Positions 36,857 to 44,930 of a stretch of DNA of 46,880 nt are shown one piece after another. The stretch is from NCBI GenBank assembly GCA_012523595.1, contig JAAYIG010000097.1:1-46880 (forward strand), read 5' to 3'. The stretch's first letter is position 1. The number at the start of each line of letters is the position of its first letter. The notes under the pieces were generated by a model. It was given only the letters and a program-made list of their open reading frames with translations, was not told the origin of the DNA and searched no databases. The DNA is from Fibrobacter sp. GTDB lineage: Bacteria; Fibrobacterota; Chitinivibrionia; Chitinivibrionales; Chitinispirillaceae. The position numbers were made by a program, and so were the translations under genes.

Positions 36857-37902
36857 AAAAAATCATTTTATTGCTTTCACTTGTTTTTATCTGTGGAGCA
36901 GAGCAGAGAGCAGGCGGTATCCTTACAGTCAATACCCGGTGGGATGCCGATGAGGGGCCATTTATTCTTGAACGAGACCTGGTGATACCCGAGGGTGTCA
37001 GGTTGACTATCGCTCCAGGCACAAATATCATAATTGCGCCATCCCCCATCGCCGATACCTCAAACCAGATCGACAGAACAGATTCTCTATCAATCTCCAT
37101 CAAGGTTCTCGGAGGAGCACTTATCTGCGTCGGACGACGAGATAAACAAATAAGCTTCTCTCCTTCAGAACCGCAGCCTGGAAGGCACTCATGGTATGGA
37201 ATAATTCTTAATGCCGCCGAAGAACCATTCACTGAGATCGCTTTTACAGAAATCAGCGGCGCATACTGTGCCTTGTCAATAATGAAATGCAGTCCTGTGA
37301 TCCGTAACAGTATACTGGAATACAACTATCTTGGAATTAACTGTATCAATAAGAGTTCTCCTCAGATCCTTAACTGTGTAATCTGCCGAAATTTCGCGTC
37401 TGGAATAAAAACCCGTGAATCAAATCCCTTCATTACCAGCAGCATCATCGCCTTCAACAGCAACACCGGAGTCTGGTGTGACGGGTTATCAAAAATCAAT
37501 TTTGAATACAATTGCGTTCACGGTAACGGGGACGGTAATCTCCTCGATTGTGATCCTGAACTGGGAATACTGACAAAAACAAACAAAAACAAGGACTCCT
37601 GCGACTTGCACTTCAACCTTTACCGCGATCCGGTATTTGCCGGTTCTTTAGCAGATTCCATCGCTCATGAACAGGATATCTCTGTTCCTACAAAGAAAAG
37701 CAGGATAAAGAATTTTGCTCTGGCCAGAATTATCCACGATGAAGATACGGCTAAACAAAAAGTCAAAACCAGGACAGGAAAATACAGCCTGTCGAATTAT
37801 TCCCCATGTATAAATGCCGGTAATCCAGCTGACAGGTTCAAAGACGCAGATGGCTCGAAAAACGACATGGGTGTCGAGGGAGGACGAGAATTTTACCACT
37901 GA
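36853..37902 (+). CDS. Secreted right-handed parallel beta-helix repeat protein
   Basis: Start placed at ATG 36853 (MKKIILLLSLVFICGA, signal peptide), which overlaps the Crp-like gene stop (ATGA). The six-frame ORF extends upstream to 36802. Its stop TGA lies inside a CACTGATTAAG repeat. Confidence 0.55.
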   Translation: MKKIILLLSLVFICGAEQRAGGILTVNTRWDADEGPFILERDLVIPEGVRLTIAPGTNIIIAPSPIADTSNQIDRTDSLSISIKVLGGALICVGRRDKQISFSPSEPQPGRHSWYGIILNAAEEPFTEIAFTEISGAYCALSIMKCSPVIRNSILEYNYLGINCINKSSPQILNCVICRNFASGIKTRESNPFITSSIIAFNSNTGVWCDGLSKINFEYNCVHGNGDGNLLDCDPELGILTKTNKNKDSCDLHFNLYRDPVFAGSLADSIAHEQDISVPTKKSRIKNFALARIIHDEDTAKQKVKTRTGKYSLSNYSPCINAGNPADRFKDADGSKNDMGVEGGREFYH

Positions 37903-37936
37903 TTAAGCTGATTAAAATGATTTAGCTGATTTTTTA
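37895..37936 (+). repeat. 9-bp-phased TGATT array starting ACCACTGATTAA (four units at 37900, 37909, 37918, 37927)
   Basis: The first TGA is the stop codon of the 36853-37902 gene. Confidence 0.7.
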
Positions 37937-38003
37937 AGAGAATAAGATCTCCCGTATCTGAGTATACTCGATCTAATACAATAACCCGTCTTCTTTCCAC
38001 ACG

Positions 38004-38033
38004 AGATGATTTGAATGATTTACCTGATTATCC
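38004..38033 (+). repeat. 9-bp-phased TGATT array, degenerate start (three units at 38007, 38016, 38025)
   Basis: GAGATGATTTGAATGATTTACCTGATTATCC. Confidence 0.55.
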
Positions 38034-38085
38034 AGAGAATGAGATCTCTGATATCTATAACACAGACACAGGACAATCCTCGATA

Positions 38086-39261
38086 TCACCTGTACTCTAT
38101 GACTCCATGAAATGCCCTGAAACAGAACCCAACAGGTCTGAGTCTCTCGCCCATGTAACTGTCGTAAGTGACAAGCCACAAACTGAAATGCTTTGCTCTT
38201 CTATCAAGCGGCGGCAGTAACTTCACATCGTTTGATCCCGGCGTTCTCTGAATCACAAGCAGCTTGTCATGATCCTGTCCTTCAGGGGGATAATCGTTGC
38301 GGTAAAACCATTCATGAATGAAAGTCTCAGGGTGAAGACTTCCTGAAGTCATACTCATACCATAATCAAGGGAAGCTGTACCGGGGTCGGGAATCAGAAA
38401 ATAGCTGTACCCATCCTCGATAAGCACAGTATCACTGAAAACCCCCTTCAAATCGTAGACTGCATCCACTAAAGAGGCATCTTTTACAGGGTGAAAGGAA
38501 AGGAGCGAGCTGCCTCTAACCTTGTAAAGTTTCATCCATTCTATAACCGGATTTCTATTGACCTGTACCGATGAATTAAGATACCGGATTGTACTGTTAT
38601 AACGGATCGTGAAGTCTGATTCAACCTTGCATTTATCATTAACATAAGAGAATATCTTCATTGTTACCGACAGTGCCTGAAGGAGAAGCGGCATGAAATC
38701 CGGGGCATCCTCCCCTGCGATGTCCCTGAGCATCGAATCAACCATCAGTGAGTCGACTCCATCCGGACGGCTTGCCAGAAAATCAAGAATGTCAATAACC
38801 TGGACCGGCTTCACCATCAGTAGCTCCGGAGGAACCGAGTCGCGGACCTCTGAGGGAAGAATCTCCCCCATAGTACTTACATACTCATATTTCCTGCGAA
38901 TGATATCCCACGGGAGTACAAAAGAGAAGACCACCGAATCTGTCAATCCTCCACTATACTCCATGTAACTTCCAGGCACAACAAGGGACTGAAGAGAAAT
39001 AACATCATAGTAGGTATCCACCCCGAAAGATCCAAGCAGCACAGTAGTTGAGATAGTCCACTGAATTCTATTTACCTCTTCACCCGCGAAATAAGCATGA
39101 AGATCCACGGTGTCACCCGGAGCCCCCTCTGCCAATCCCCTGTTATCGAATACGAAAGCCAATGGCCTGACCCTGTCATTATCCACCCGATCATACCTGT
39201 CCGGAAACTCCAACCCGCATCCTGCAAGCAGTAAAGAGATAAATAGAGCCATTCTTTTCAT
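38086..39261 (-). CDS. Hypothetical lipoprotein
   Basis: 391-aa ORF with a signal peptide and lipobox (…LLLAGCG). It lies downstream of the TonB-dependent receptor gene. Confidence 0.45.
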   Translation of the reverse strand: MKRMALFISLLLAGCGLEFPDRYDRVDNDRVRPLAFVFDNRGLAEGAPGDTVDLHAYFAGEEVNRIQWTISTTVLLGSFGVDTYYDVISLQSLVVPGSYMEYSGGLTDSVVFSFVLPWDIIRRKYEYVSTMGEILPSEVRDSVPPELLMVKPVQVIDILDFLASRPDGVDSLMVDSMLRDIAGEDAPDFMPLLLQALSVTMKIFSYVNDKCKVESDFTIRYNSTIRYLNSSVQVNRNPVIEWMKLYKVRGSSLLSFHPVKDASLVDAVYDLKGVFSDTVLIEDGYSYFLIPDPGTASLDYGMSMTSGSLHPETFIHEWFYRNDYPPEGQDHDKLLVIQRTPGSNDVKLLPPLDRRAKHFSLWLVTYDSYMGERLRPVGFCFRAFHGVIEYR

Positions 39262-39273
39262 GGCTTACTCCTG

Positions 39274-42018
39274 TCAAAACTCCACTTTCAGTCCAAAGGA
39301 TGGAATGAAGGGTGAAGTTACAGATATCTGTTCCGTGTAATCATAGTTGTAAATCGTGAGCTCAGGGCTTTTATACATGAACCATAGTACATTCTGCAGA
39401 TCCAGATAAAAAGACATCATCCACTTGTCATATATAATCTTTTTGTCAATCCGGAAATCGACCTGGAAAAAGGGGTCGTTACGGGCACTGTTCTCTCTCC
39501 CCATCTTGGGTTCATAGATGCGGTTAGTAATATTAAACACCCGGTCAGCAACTGGTGTAAATGGATTGCCGCTGACATAACGCACTTTTGCACCTGCCTG
39601 CCACTCCTTTGGCAGTTTATAACTGAGAATAAGCTGGAGATTATGGGTCTGATCACGGGTATATGGAATATACCTGTTCTCCCTCCGGCTCCAGCGTTCA
39701 CTTCTGGACAAAGTATAAGCAATCCATCCGAAGAACCGCTCGCTTTGTTCGTGACGGAGCATTAATTCCAGTCCATACATGCGAGCCCGTCCCCAATCCA
39801 GAAAACCGGGAGTGCTTTGGTCATTAAGCATATCAGTAGGTGTGGCCAGCTCAGGAATGTCCCACTGCGTGTTACGATATATCTGCACATCGGCATAGAG
39901 CAGATCAGAAATCTTCCACTGATATCCACCTGTAATATGGCTGGCTTTTGTCGCCGGAAGCATGGGGTTACCTACAGTGTCATGGATTGTAAAACCCATT
40001 GGCTGCGGAGTCTGGCTGTAGGAACCAACAGCCGCTTTAAAGGAATGCCGGGAATTTAACTTGTAACCGGCTGAAAGGCGCACTGATGGCTCCCCACTGG
40101 GCCCTTTTTCATTGTCAATTTTCCGGTAATCCCAGAACTCGGGCACTATCGACCCCCTGTAAAGCAGTTCCGGGTAGTAATCATATCTGAGTCCGGGAAT
40201 TATATACAGATCGGGAATCGGGTTGTATTCAAGCTGTAAATATGGACCGATAAGGCCGAATGTCGTTTTCATCGTATCCCGGAAAAATGTCTTGTCGGTT
40301 CTTGGAAAGACAGCATAGTGATAATAGGGTTGCAGCCATAGATCAGTTCCGGTGGTCAGCTTAATCTGAGGAGATATTTTACACGACGCCTCGGCACGGA
40401 GCAGATACTCCCACGCCTTATAAGTCCATTTGGCGTACCCGAAAATGGATCCAAGTCCCTCTCTTTGCACCACAGCAGCCCTCAAGCTGTTCACCCACCT
40501 CCCCGCACTGAAATCCCATCCCAACGTAGCCATATTGAATGCATTGACATTTTCCAGCCTGTCAACCATCTGATCGACTTCACTGCTTCCACCCCTCATA
40601 AAGGGCACAATCATCTTAAGTTCATCCTTGGAACCAAAAAGAGTCATGAAAAGCTTGTTTCCCGCATCGAGATCCACATCCGCCCTGACAGTGTAATCGT
40701 AATAATAAGGGACAACACTTATAGGCATGTTAAGTTTATCACCGATCTTTTTAACCACAACCCCCAGAATATCCCCGAAATAGCTTCTTCGCACATTGGC
40801 AAGTATTCCACCCCTGGATCCTATCGGTCCCTCTGCGAAAAAAGTGGCATCAAACAGATTTACATCGGCAAATCCCTTTGCCCTCTGCCTGTCGGCATTT
40901 CTGCTCTGAAGCTCAATGACTCCCGCAACTGAATTACCATACCGTGAACTGTACCCTCCTGGATAAAGATCAACCGATTCCAGAGCCTCGGAATTGTATG
41001 TGGATTTAATCCCACCGAAATGGTAAAGCATCGGTATCGATACCCCGTCAAGATAAAACTTCGAATCCCAGGTAGGTGCACCCCTCACTCTGATAGAGCC
41101 CCCTCCAAATGAGGAGCGCCCCACCCCGGGAAGCGCCTGTACCACTTTCACCGCATCTCCAGAGAAACCGGGGATTTTCCTCACCTCTCCTCTGGAAAGG
41201 GATCTTCTGGAAACTTCGCGGGACTCTGTTCTCCCATAAACCACTATCTCCAGATCTGAATAGCTTGTCCTCTGCAGTCTGTAAACAACCTCTGTAACCT
41301 CTCCGCAGGCAACTGTATCCCTCATCTCAAAAGGCTCACATCCCGCAGCAGATACCCTGACCCTAACCGGACCGCAGGGTAGAGATTTGAAGGAGAACTT
41401 TCCGGATGAATCACTGACGGTGGTAATACTTCCCTGCTCTAAGCTCTGTCCGGAAAGCCTTCCTATTTGATTTATATAGACACTAAAAGGGACATTCAGT
41501 GAGGAATCTGCAAGGGTATCTGTAAAAAACACCGCCACATCAGCATCGGTTACAGGTGTTCTGGTACCCCTTTCGTAAAGAAATCCGGTAAAATTCACAT
41601 TCTCCCCTACCCCCTCCAGCACATCTTCCAGAGCCACGGTATATTGATAAGTGATTATTACCGGGACTTTTTTCCCATCCGCTTCTGCAGGAGAAAACCT
41701 GAACCTTCTCACAGCATCCATTACCGCTCTGTCAAGCTCAGGATGAACCCCATTAATCAGTGCTACACTGTCAACATCGCCGTTTTCATTCACAAGGAGA
41801 TCCACCGTTACCGTACCCTCTATTCCTTTTCGGGATAGTACAGATGGATATTCCAGTTTTACAAATTCGATCAGTTCAGGTTCTTTCTCAAGGATAAAGG
41901 ACTCTTTCTCCGAAGAATCTGCCATATCAATCGATGATTCTACACCCGGTTCAGTCCCTGAATACACATCCTGAAAAGCAAAACCAGCCAACAGAAACAC
42001 ACAGAGTAAACTTCTCAT
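39274..42018 (-). CDS. TonB-dependent outer-membrane receptor with an N-terminal TonB C-terminal-like domain and a CarboxypepD_reg-like domain
   Basis: 914-aa ORF. After the signal peptide comes a TonB_C-like segment (…EYPSVLSRKGIEGTVTVDLLVNENGDVDSVALINGVHPELDRAVMDAVRRFRFSP…), then a plug-like region (…GNSVAGVIELQSR…) and a large beta-barrel ending in a terminal Phe (…FGLKVEF). Confidence 0.7.
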   Translation of the reverse strand: MRSLLCVFLLAGFAFQDVYSGTEPGVESSIDMADSSEKESFILEKEPELIEFVKLEYPSVLSRKGIEGTVTVDLLVNENGDVDSVALINGVHPELDRAVMDAVRRFRFSPAEADGKKVPVIITYQYTVALEDVLEGVGENVNFTGFLYERGTRTPVTDADVAVFFTDTLADSSLNVPFSVYINQIGRLSGQSLEQGSITTVSDSSGKFSFKSLPCGPVRVRVSAAGCEPFEMRDTVACGEVTEVVYRLQRTSYSDLEIVVYGRTESREVSRRSLSRGEVRKIPGFSGDAVKVVQALPGVGRSSFGGGSIRVRGAPTWDSKFYLDGVSIPMLYHFGGIKSTYNSEALESVDLYPGGYSSRYGNSVAGVIELQSRNADRQRAKGFADVNLFDATFFAEGPIGSRGGILANVRRSYFGDILGVVVKKIGDKLNMPISVVPYYYDYTVRADVDLDAGNKLFMTLFGSKDELKMIVPFMRGGSSEVDQMVDRLENVNAFNMATLGWDFSAGRWVNSLRAAVVQREGLGSIFGYAKWTYKAWEYLLRAEASCKISPQIKLTTGTDLWLQPYYHYAVFPRTDKTFFRDTMKTTFGLIGPYLQLEYNPIPDLYIIPGLRYDYYPELLYRGSIVPEFWDYRKIDNEKGPSGEPSVRLSAGYKLNSRHSFKAAVGSYSQTPQPMGFTIHDTVGNPMLPATKASHITGGYQWKISDLLYADVQIYRNTQWDIPELATPTDMLNDQSTPGFLDWGRARMYGLELMLRHEQSERFFGWIAYTLSRSERWSRRENRYIPYTRDQTHNLQLILSYKLPKEWQAGAKVRYVSGNPFTPVADRVFNITNRIYEPKMGRENSARNDPFFQVDFRIDKKIIYDKWMMSFYLDLQNVLWFMYKSPELTIYNYDYTEQISVTSPFIPSFGLKVEF

Positions 42019-42098
42019 CAGTACCTACCTCGACCCTGGAATCAACAACCGGGTGAAGACCGGCTATATCTTTTAAATAAGCAAGCAATGGACCGCTG

Positions 42099-42140
42099 AC
42101 CACTGATTAATCTGATTAGACTGATTGCGATGATTATTCA
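42099..42140 (+). repeat. 9-bp-phased TGATT array starting ACCACTGATTAA (four units at 42104, 42113, 42122, 42131)
   Basis: It lies in the intergenic region between tonB and the TonB-dependent receptor gene, both on the minus strand. Confidence 0.7.
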
Positions 42141-42289
42141 GGAGAGATGAATTTGTTCTTGTTGTAAAGTGTTCAGGCTGGAAAATAGTTGTGGAACTTT
42201 GGACAGGAATTTATTCTTCTTATGAAAGATTTCAATACCGGATTGGGGGAACCTTTAAATGTGGATACAAATAAGAATACCGGAGAAGA

Positions 42290-43096
42290 TCAACCCTGGG
42301 TGAGTTCGAAGCGGAAACGTACTATCTGCCACACAGCTACCGGCTCCTCACCTCTGAGTGCCGGTTCAAATACCAGTTTCAGGCAGGCATCATAGACTTT
42401 CTCTTTAGATCCATACCCCAGATCATCAAGCACAATGACCTGTTTTATCTTTCCATCACTGTCAATTAACACTTTTGCCCTCACCACTCCCTCAATTCTT
42501 TTCTCCAGCATCTCTCTTGAGTACTCAGGCTTTACCCTGACCTTCAGACGCGGAACCCTTGTGACAGTGGTAGCAGAGACAACCTGTCCCTGAAGATCCT
42601 CGTTTGTTGCCTTGAAAGTGTCAATTTCGGTATTGAGAGTGTTTCCCAGTTTTCCTATCACCGCATCAGAACGGCTCCCCTGCGCACCCAGACCGGTGGA
42701 GTAAACTCTCCTGAGCCCATAGACCCTCCGGGGAGCCTTCTTCGATGATTCCACCTGTTTTTCCTCCACAGTTTCATCGACTTTCTGATTCAACAGAGGC
42801 TTCTCTGTTAAATCAATCGGCTTTCCACTCTCTTTCTTTTTTTCAGGCTCTGCCTTTTTCTTCTTTACTTCAGGAATAACTTCCGTCTTTTTCTGATCTA
42901 TAATAAACCTTGCTGCCGACTCGACTATTCTCCTCTCTTCAACACGGGGATCGGGCTTGCGCAAATGCAGAAATATCCCGCTAAGAGCAAACAGGAGAGA
43001 AAAGAAGAGAAGATAGACAGGGAAAAAGTCTCTTCCTCCGGATTGTCTTCCGGAAAGGGCATAGAGTTCAAGCATCTTTTTCCGGGCAGAATCCAC
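42290..43096 (-). CDS. tonB: Energy transducer TonB
   Basis: 268-aa ORF with an N-terminal transmembrane anchor, a Lys/Glu/Pro-rich spacer and a TonB_C domain (…VKPEYSREMLEKRIEGVVRAKVLIDSDGKI…). Confidence 0.75.
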   Translation of the reverse strand: MDSARKKMLELYALSGRQSGGRDFFPVYLLFFSLLFALSGIFLHLRKPDPRVEERRIVESAARFIIDQKKTEVIPEVKKKKAEPEKKKESGKPIDLTEKPLLNQKVDETVEEKQVESSKKAPRRVYGLRRVYSTGLGAQGSRSDAVIGKLGNTLNTEIDTFKATNEDLQGQVVSATTVTRVPRLKVRVKPEYSREMLEKRIEGVVRAKVLIDSDGKIKQVIVLDDLGYGSKEKVYDACLKLVFEPALRGEEPVAVWQIVRFRFELTQG

Positions 43097-43099
43097 GTG

Positions 43100-43561
43100 C
43101 TACTCCTCCCGGACCACCAGTACCAGAAAATCGGTAAACCCGGCTTTGGAACAGGTATACATGATTTTTTTGACCGCTGCAAACTGAATATCTCTGTCAC
43201 ACTGAATCACCAGTTCGCTTCCCGATGAATCACTGCTTCTCTGACGCATCGCTTTCATCCATTCATAAACCAGGGGCACAAGAAGAGAATCCCCTGACAA
43301 AAGCGAATCGGTATCAACCAGAACACGTCCCTCGCTGATTACCGATTTTTTTGTAATTTCAATGGAGCTGCGTACCCGGGGAGTTTCCTCTGAAGTGGAC
43401 ACTGGAAGAACCAGATCTGCTGCAGGAGTCACAAGGCTTCCCTCGGAGGAAAAGCTCTTTATCAGAAAGACCAGCAGAATTGTCATTACGTCAACCAGCG
43501 ATGTCAACTGGGGGCGTACGGTGCCATCAATGGGAGCCGATTTCTGCGGCAAGATGCTCAT
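43100..43561 (-). CDS. exbD: Biopolymer transport protein ExbD/TolR
   Basis: 153-aa ORF with a single transmembrane helix (…LTSLVDVMTILLVFLI…) and the ExbD fold size. Confidence 0.8.
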   Translation of the reverse strand: MSILPQKSAPIDGTVRPQLTSLVDVMTILLVFLIKSFSSEGSLVTPAADLVLPVSTSEETPRVRSSIEITKKSVISEGRVLVDTDSLLSGDSLLVPLVYEWMKAMRQRSSDSSGSELVIQCDRDIQFAAVKKIMYTCSKAGFTDFLVLVVREE

Positions 43562-44040
43562 AGAGCTGCTCCCGGATCAGCAGTGGCACTGGAAAGACCC
43601 ACTTTTTTAAATCCTGCCTGCCTGCAAAGATCCATCACCCTGACAACATGCTTGAAAGGGATGTTGTCTCTCGATGCCACTATCACCTCATCATACCCAA
43701 GCTCGGCCACCCGCATCCTGATCCGTGCAGACAGCGTATCAAAAGGAAATTCAGACCCGACAGCCAGCGAGTCCAGCATTCTTTCTCCAAGCACAATCCC
43801 CAAATAATCGGTTCCGATGCGTACAGTCAATCTGGGAACAGGCTTCTCAGAGGCATCACCAACACTTGTGCCCAAATCCGGGGGAAGAGAAAACTCGACA
43901 ATGGCATGATGAGTAAAAACAGCCATCGATACCAGAAAAGGAATAAGAATGATAAATACATTCATGACAGGTGTCACATCGACATCTGCGTTGTCAATAG
44001 TCTGTGAGGGAGGATGGCTGGAGCGAAACAGAGAAAGCAT
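43558..44040 (-). CDS. exbD: Biopolymer transport protein ExbD/TolR (second copy)
   Basis: 160-aa ORF (…VTPVMNVFIILIPFLV…). Its stop overlaps the downstream exbD start, and its start overlaps the exbB stop (ATGA). Confidence 0.8.
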   Translation of the reverse strand: MLSLFRSSHPPSQTIDNADVDVTPVMNVFIILIPFLVSMAVFTHHAIVEFSLPPDLGTSVGDASEKPVPRLTVRIGTDYLGIVLGERMLDSLAVGSEFPFDTLSARIRMRVAELGYDEVIVASRDNIPFKHVVRVMDLCRQAGFKKVGLSSATADPGAAL

Positions 44041-44672
44041 CAGGATTTCTTCTTTTTCAGGTAGTTAAGGAACTTTACGACAGCTTCGTCAAGATCCTTG
44101 GTCAATTGATTCTGCTTGTTTACCAGAAAAGTGTATGCTACCATGCAGGGGACAGCTACAATCAGCCCGAAAGCAGTGGTGATCATCGCCTGGGAGATAC
44201 CGGTGGCCAGAAGCGCAGCCTTTTTTGCGGCATCAACTGTTGCAAGTGAAGAGAACGACAACTGTAAACCGGTAATAGTACCCAGAAGCCCCAGCAAAGT
44301 GGCGATATTGGCAAACAGAGAAAGGTAATTTAACCTCTGTGAGAGTCTTGGAACCTGCTGAATCGCAGCCTCTTCAACCCCCTCCCGGATCTCATCGATT
44401 GGCAGACCGGAGTTAAATCTCTCCAGCGCAGTCCTGAACAACACCTGCAGAGGAGCACGACCACGGCTTAAAAGCTCACCAGCCTCCCTGGACTTGTCAC
44501 TATTGAGCAGACCTGCTACCTGAGAGAGAAGCTGATTTCCCTTCCTGCCGCAGACTATATAGAAGAATATGATCCTATCTGCAACAACTGTACAGGAAAA
44601 TGCCAGAACAGCAAGAATAGCCCACATAAAAGGCCCACCATCATTGAACCACTCAGCCAGAAATTTCACCAT
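44040..44672 (-). CDS. exbB: MotA/TolQ/ExbB proton-channel protein
   Basis: 210-aa ORF with three transmembrane helices and a conserved C-terminal helix pair (…LSLFANIATLLGLLGTITG…). Confidence 0.85.
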   Translation of the reverse strand: MVKFLAEWFNDGGPFMWAILAVLAFSCTVVADRIIFFYIVCGRKGNQLLSQVAGLLNSDKSREAGELLSRGRAPLQVLFRTALERFNSGLPIDEIREGVEEAAIQQVPRLSQRLNYLSLFANIATLLGLLGTITGLQLSFSSLATVDAAKKAALLATGISQAMITTAFGLIVAVPCMVAYTFLVNKQNQLTKDLDEAVVKFLNYLKKKKS

Positions 44673-44767
44673 ACTTTCTTTCCTCCACAGGGAAAAGCCC
44701 TAAGCATTTTTCTCCAACATCCTGGAAATATGTTCTCTGAAATATATCACTTAGAAAAAACATGCCA

Positions 44768-44822
44768 AACCACTGATTATGACCACTGATTAAACTGATT
44801 TTAATGATTAACCTGATTAGAA
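44768..44822 (+). repeat. 9-bp-phased TGATT array with duplicated head (AACCACTGATTAT GACCACTGATTAA…; five units at 44774, 44787, 44796, 44805, 44814)
   Basis: It lies in the intergenic region between the DUF438-like gene and exbB. Confidence 0.7.
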
Positions 44823-44930
44823 ACTGTACTGAACCCCTTCTTATTGCGTGCTCGAACAAAAACAGAGCGATTACAAACACCTTTGGTGCTAAAGCACGAT
44901 GGAAAAGAAATTATCTACATGGATAATTCG

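Noticed and set aside
38011-38220. 69-aa plus-strand ORF between convergent genes
   Set aside because: It overlaps the TGATT repeat array and the 3' end of the minus-strand lipoprotein gene. No start context or motifs are present.
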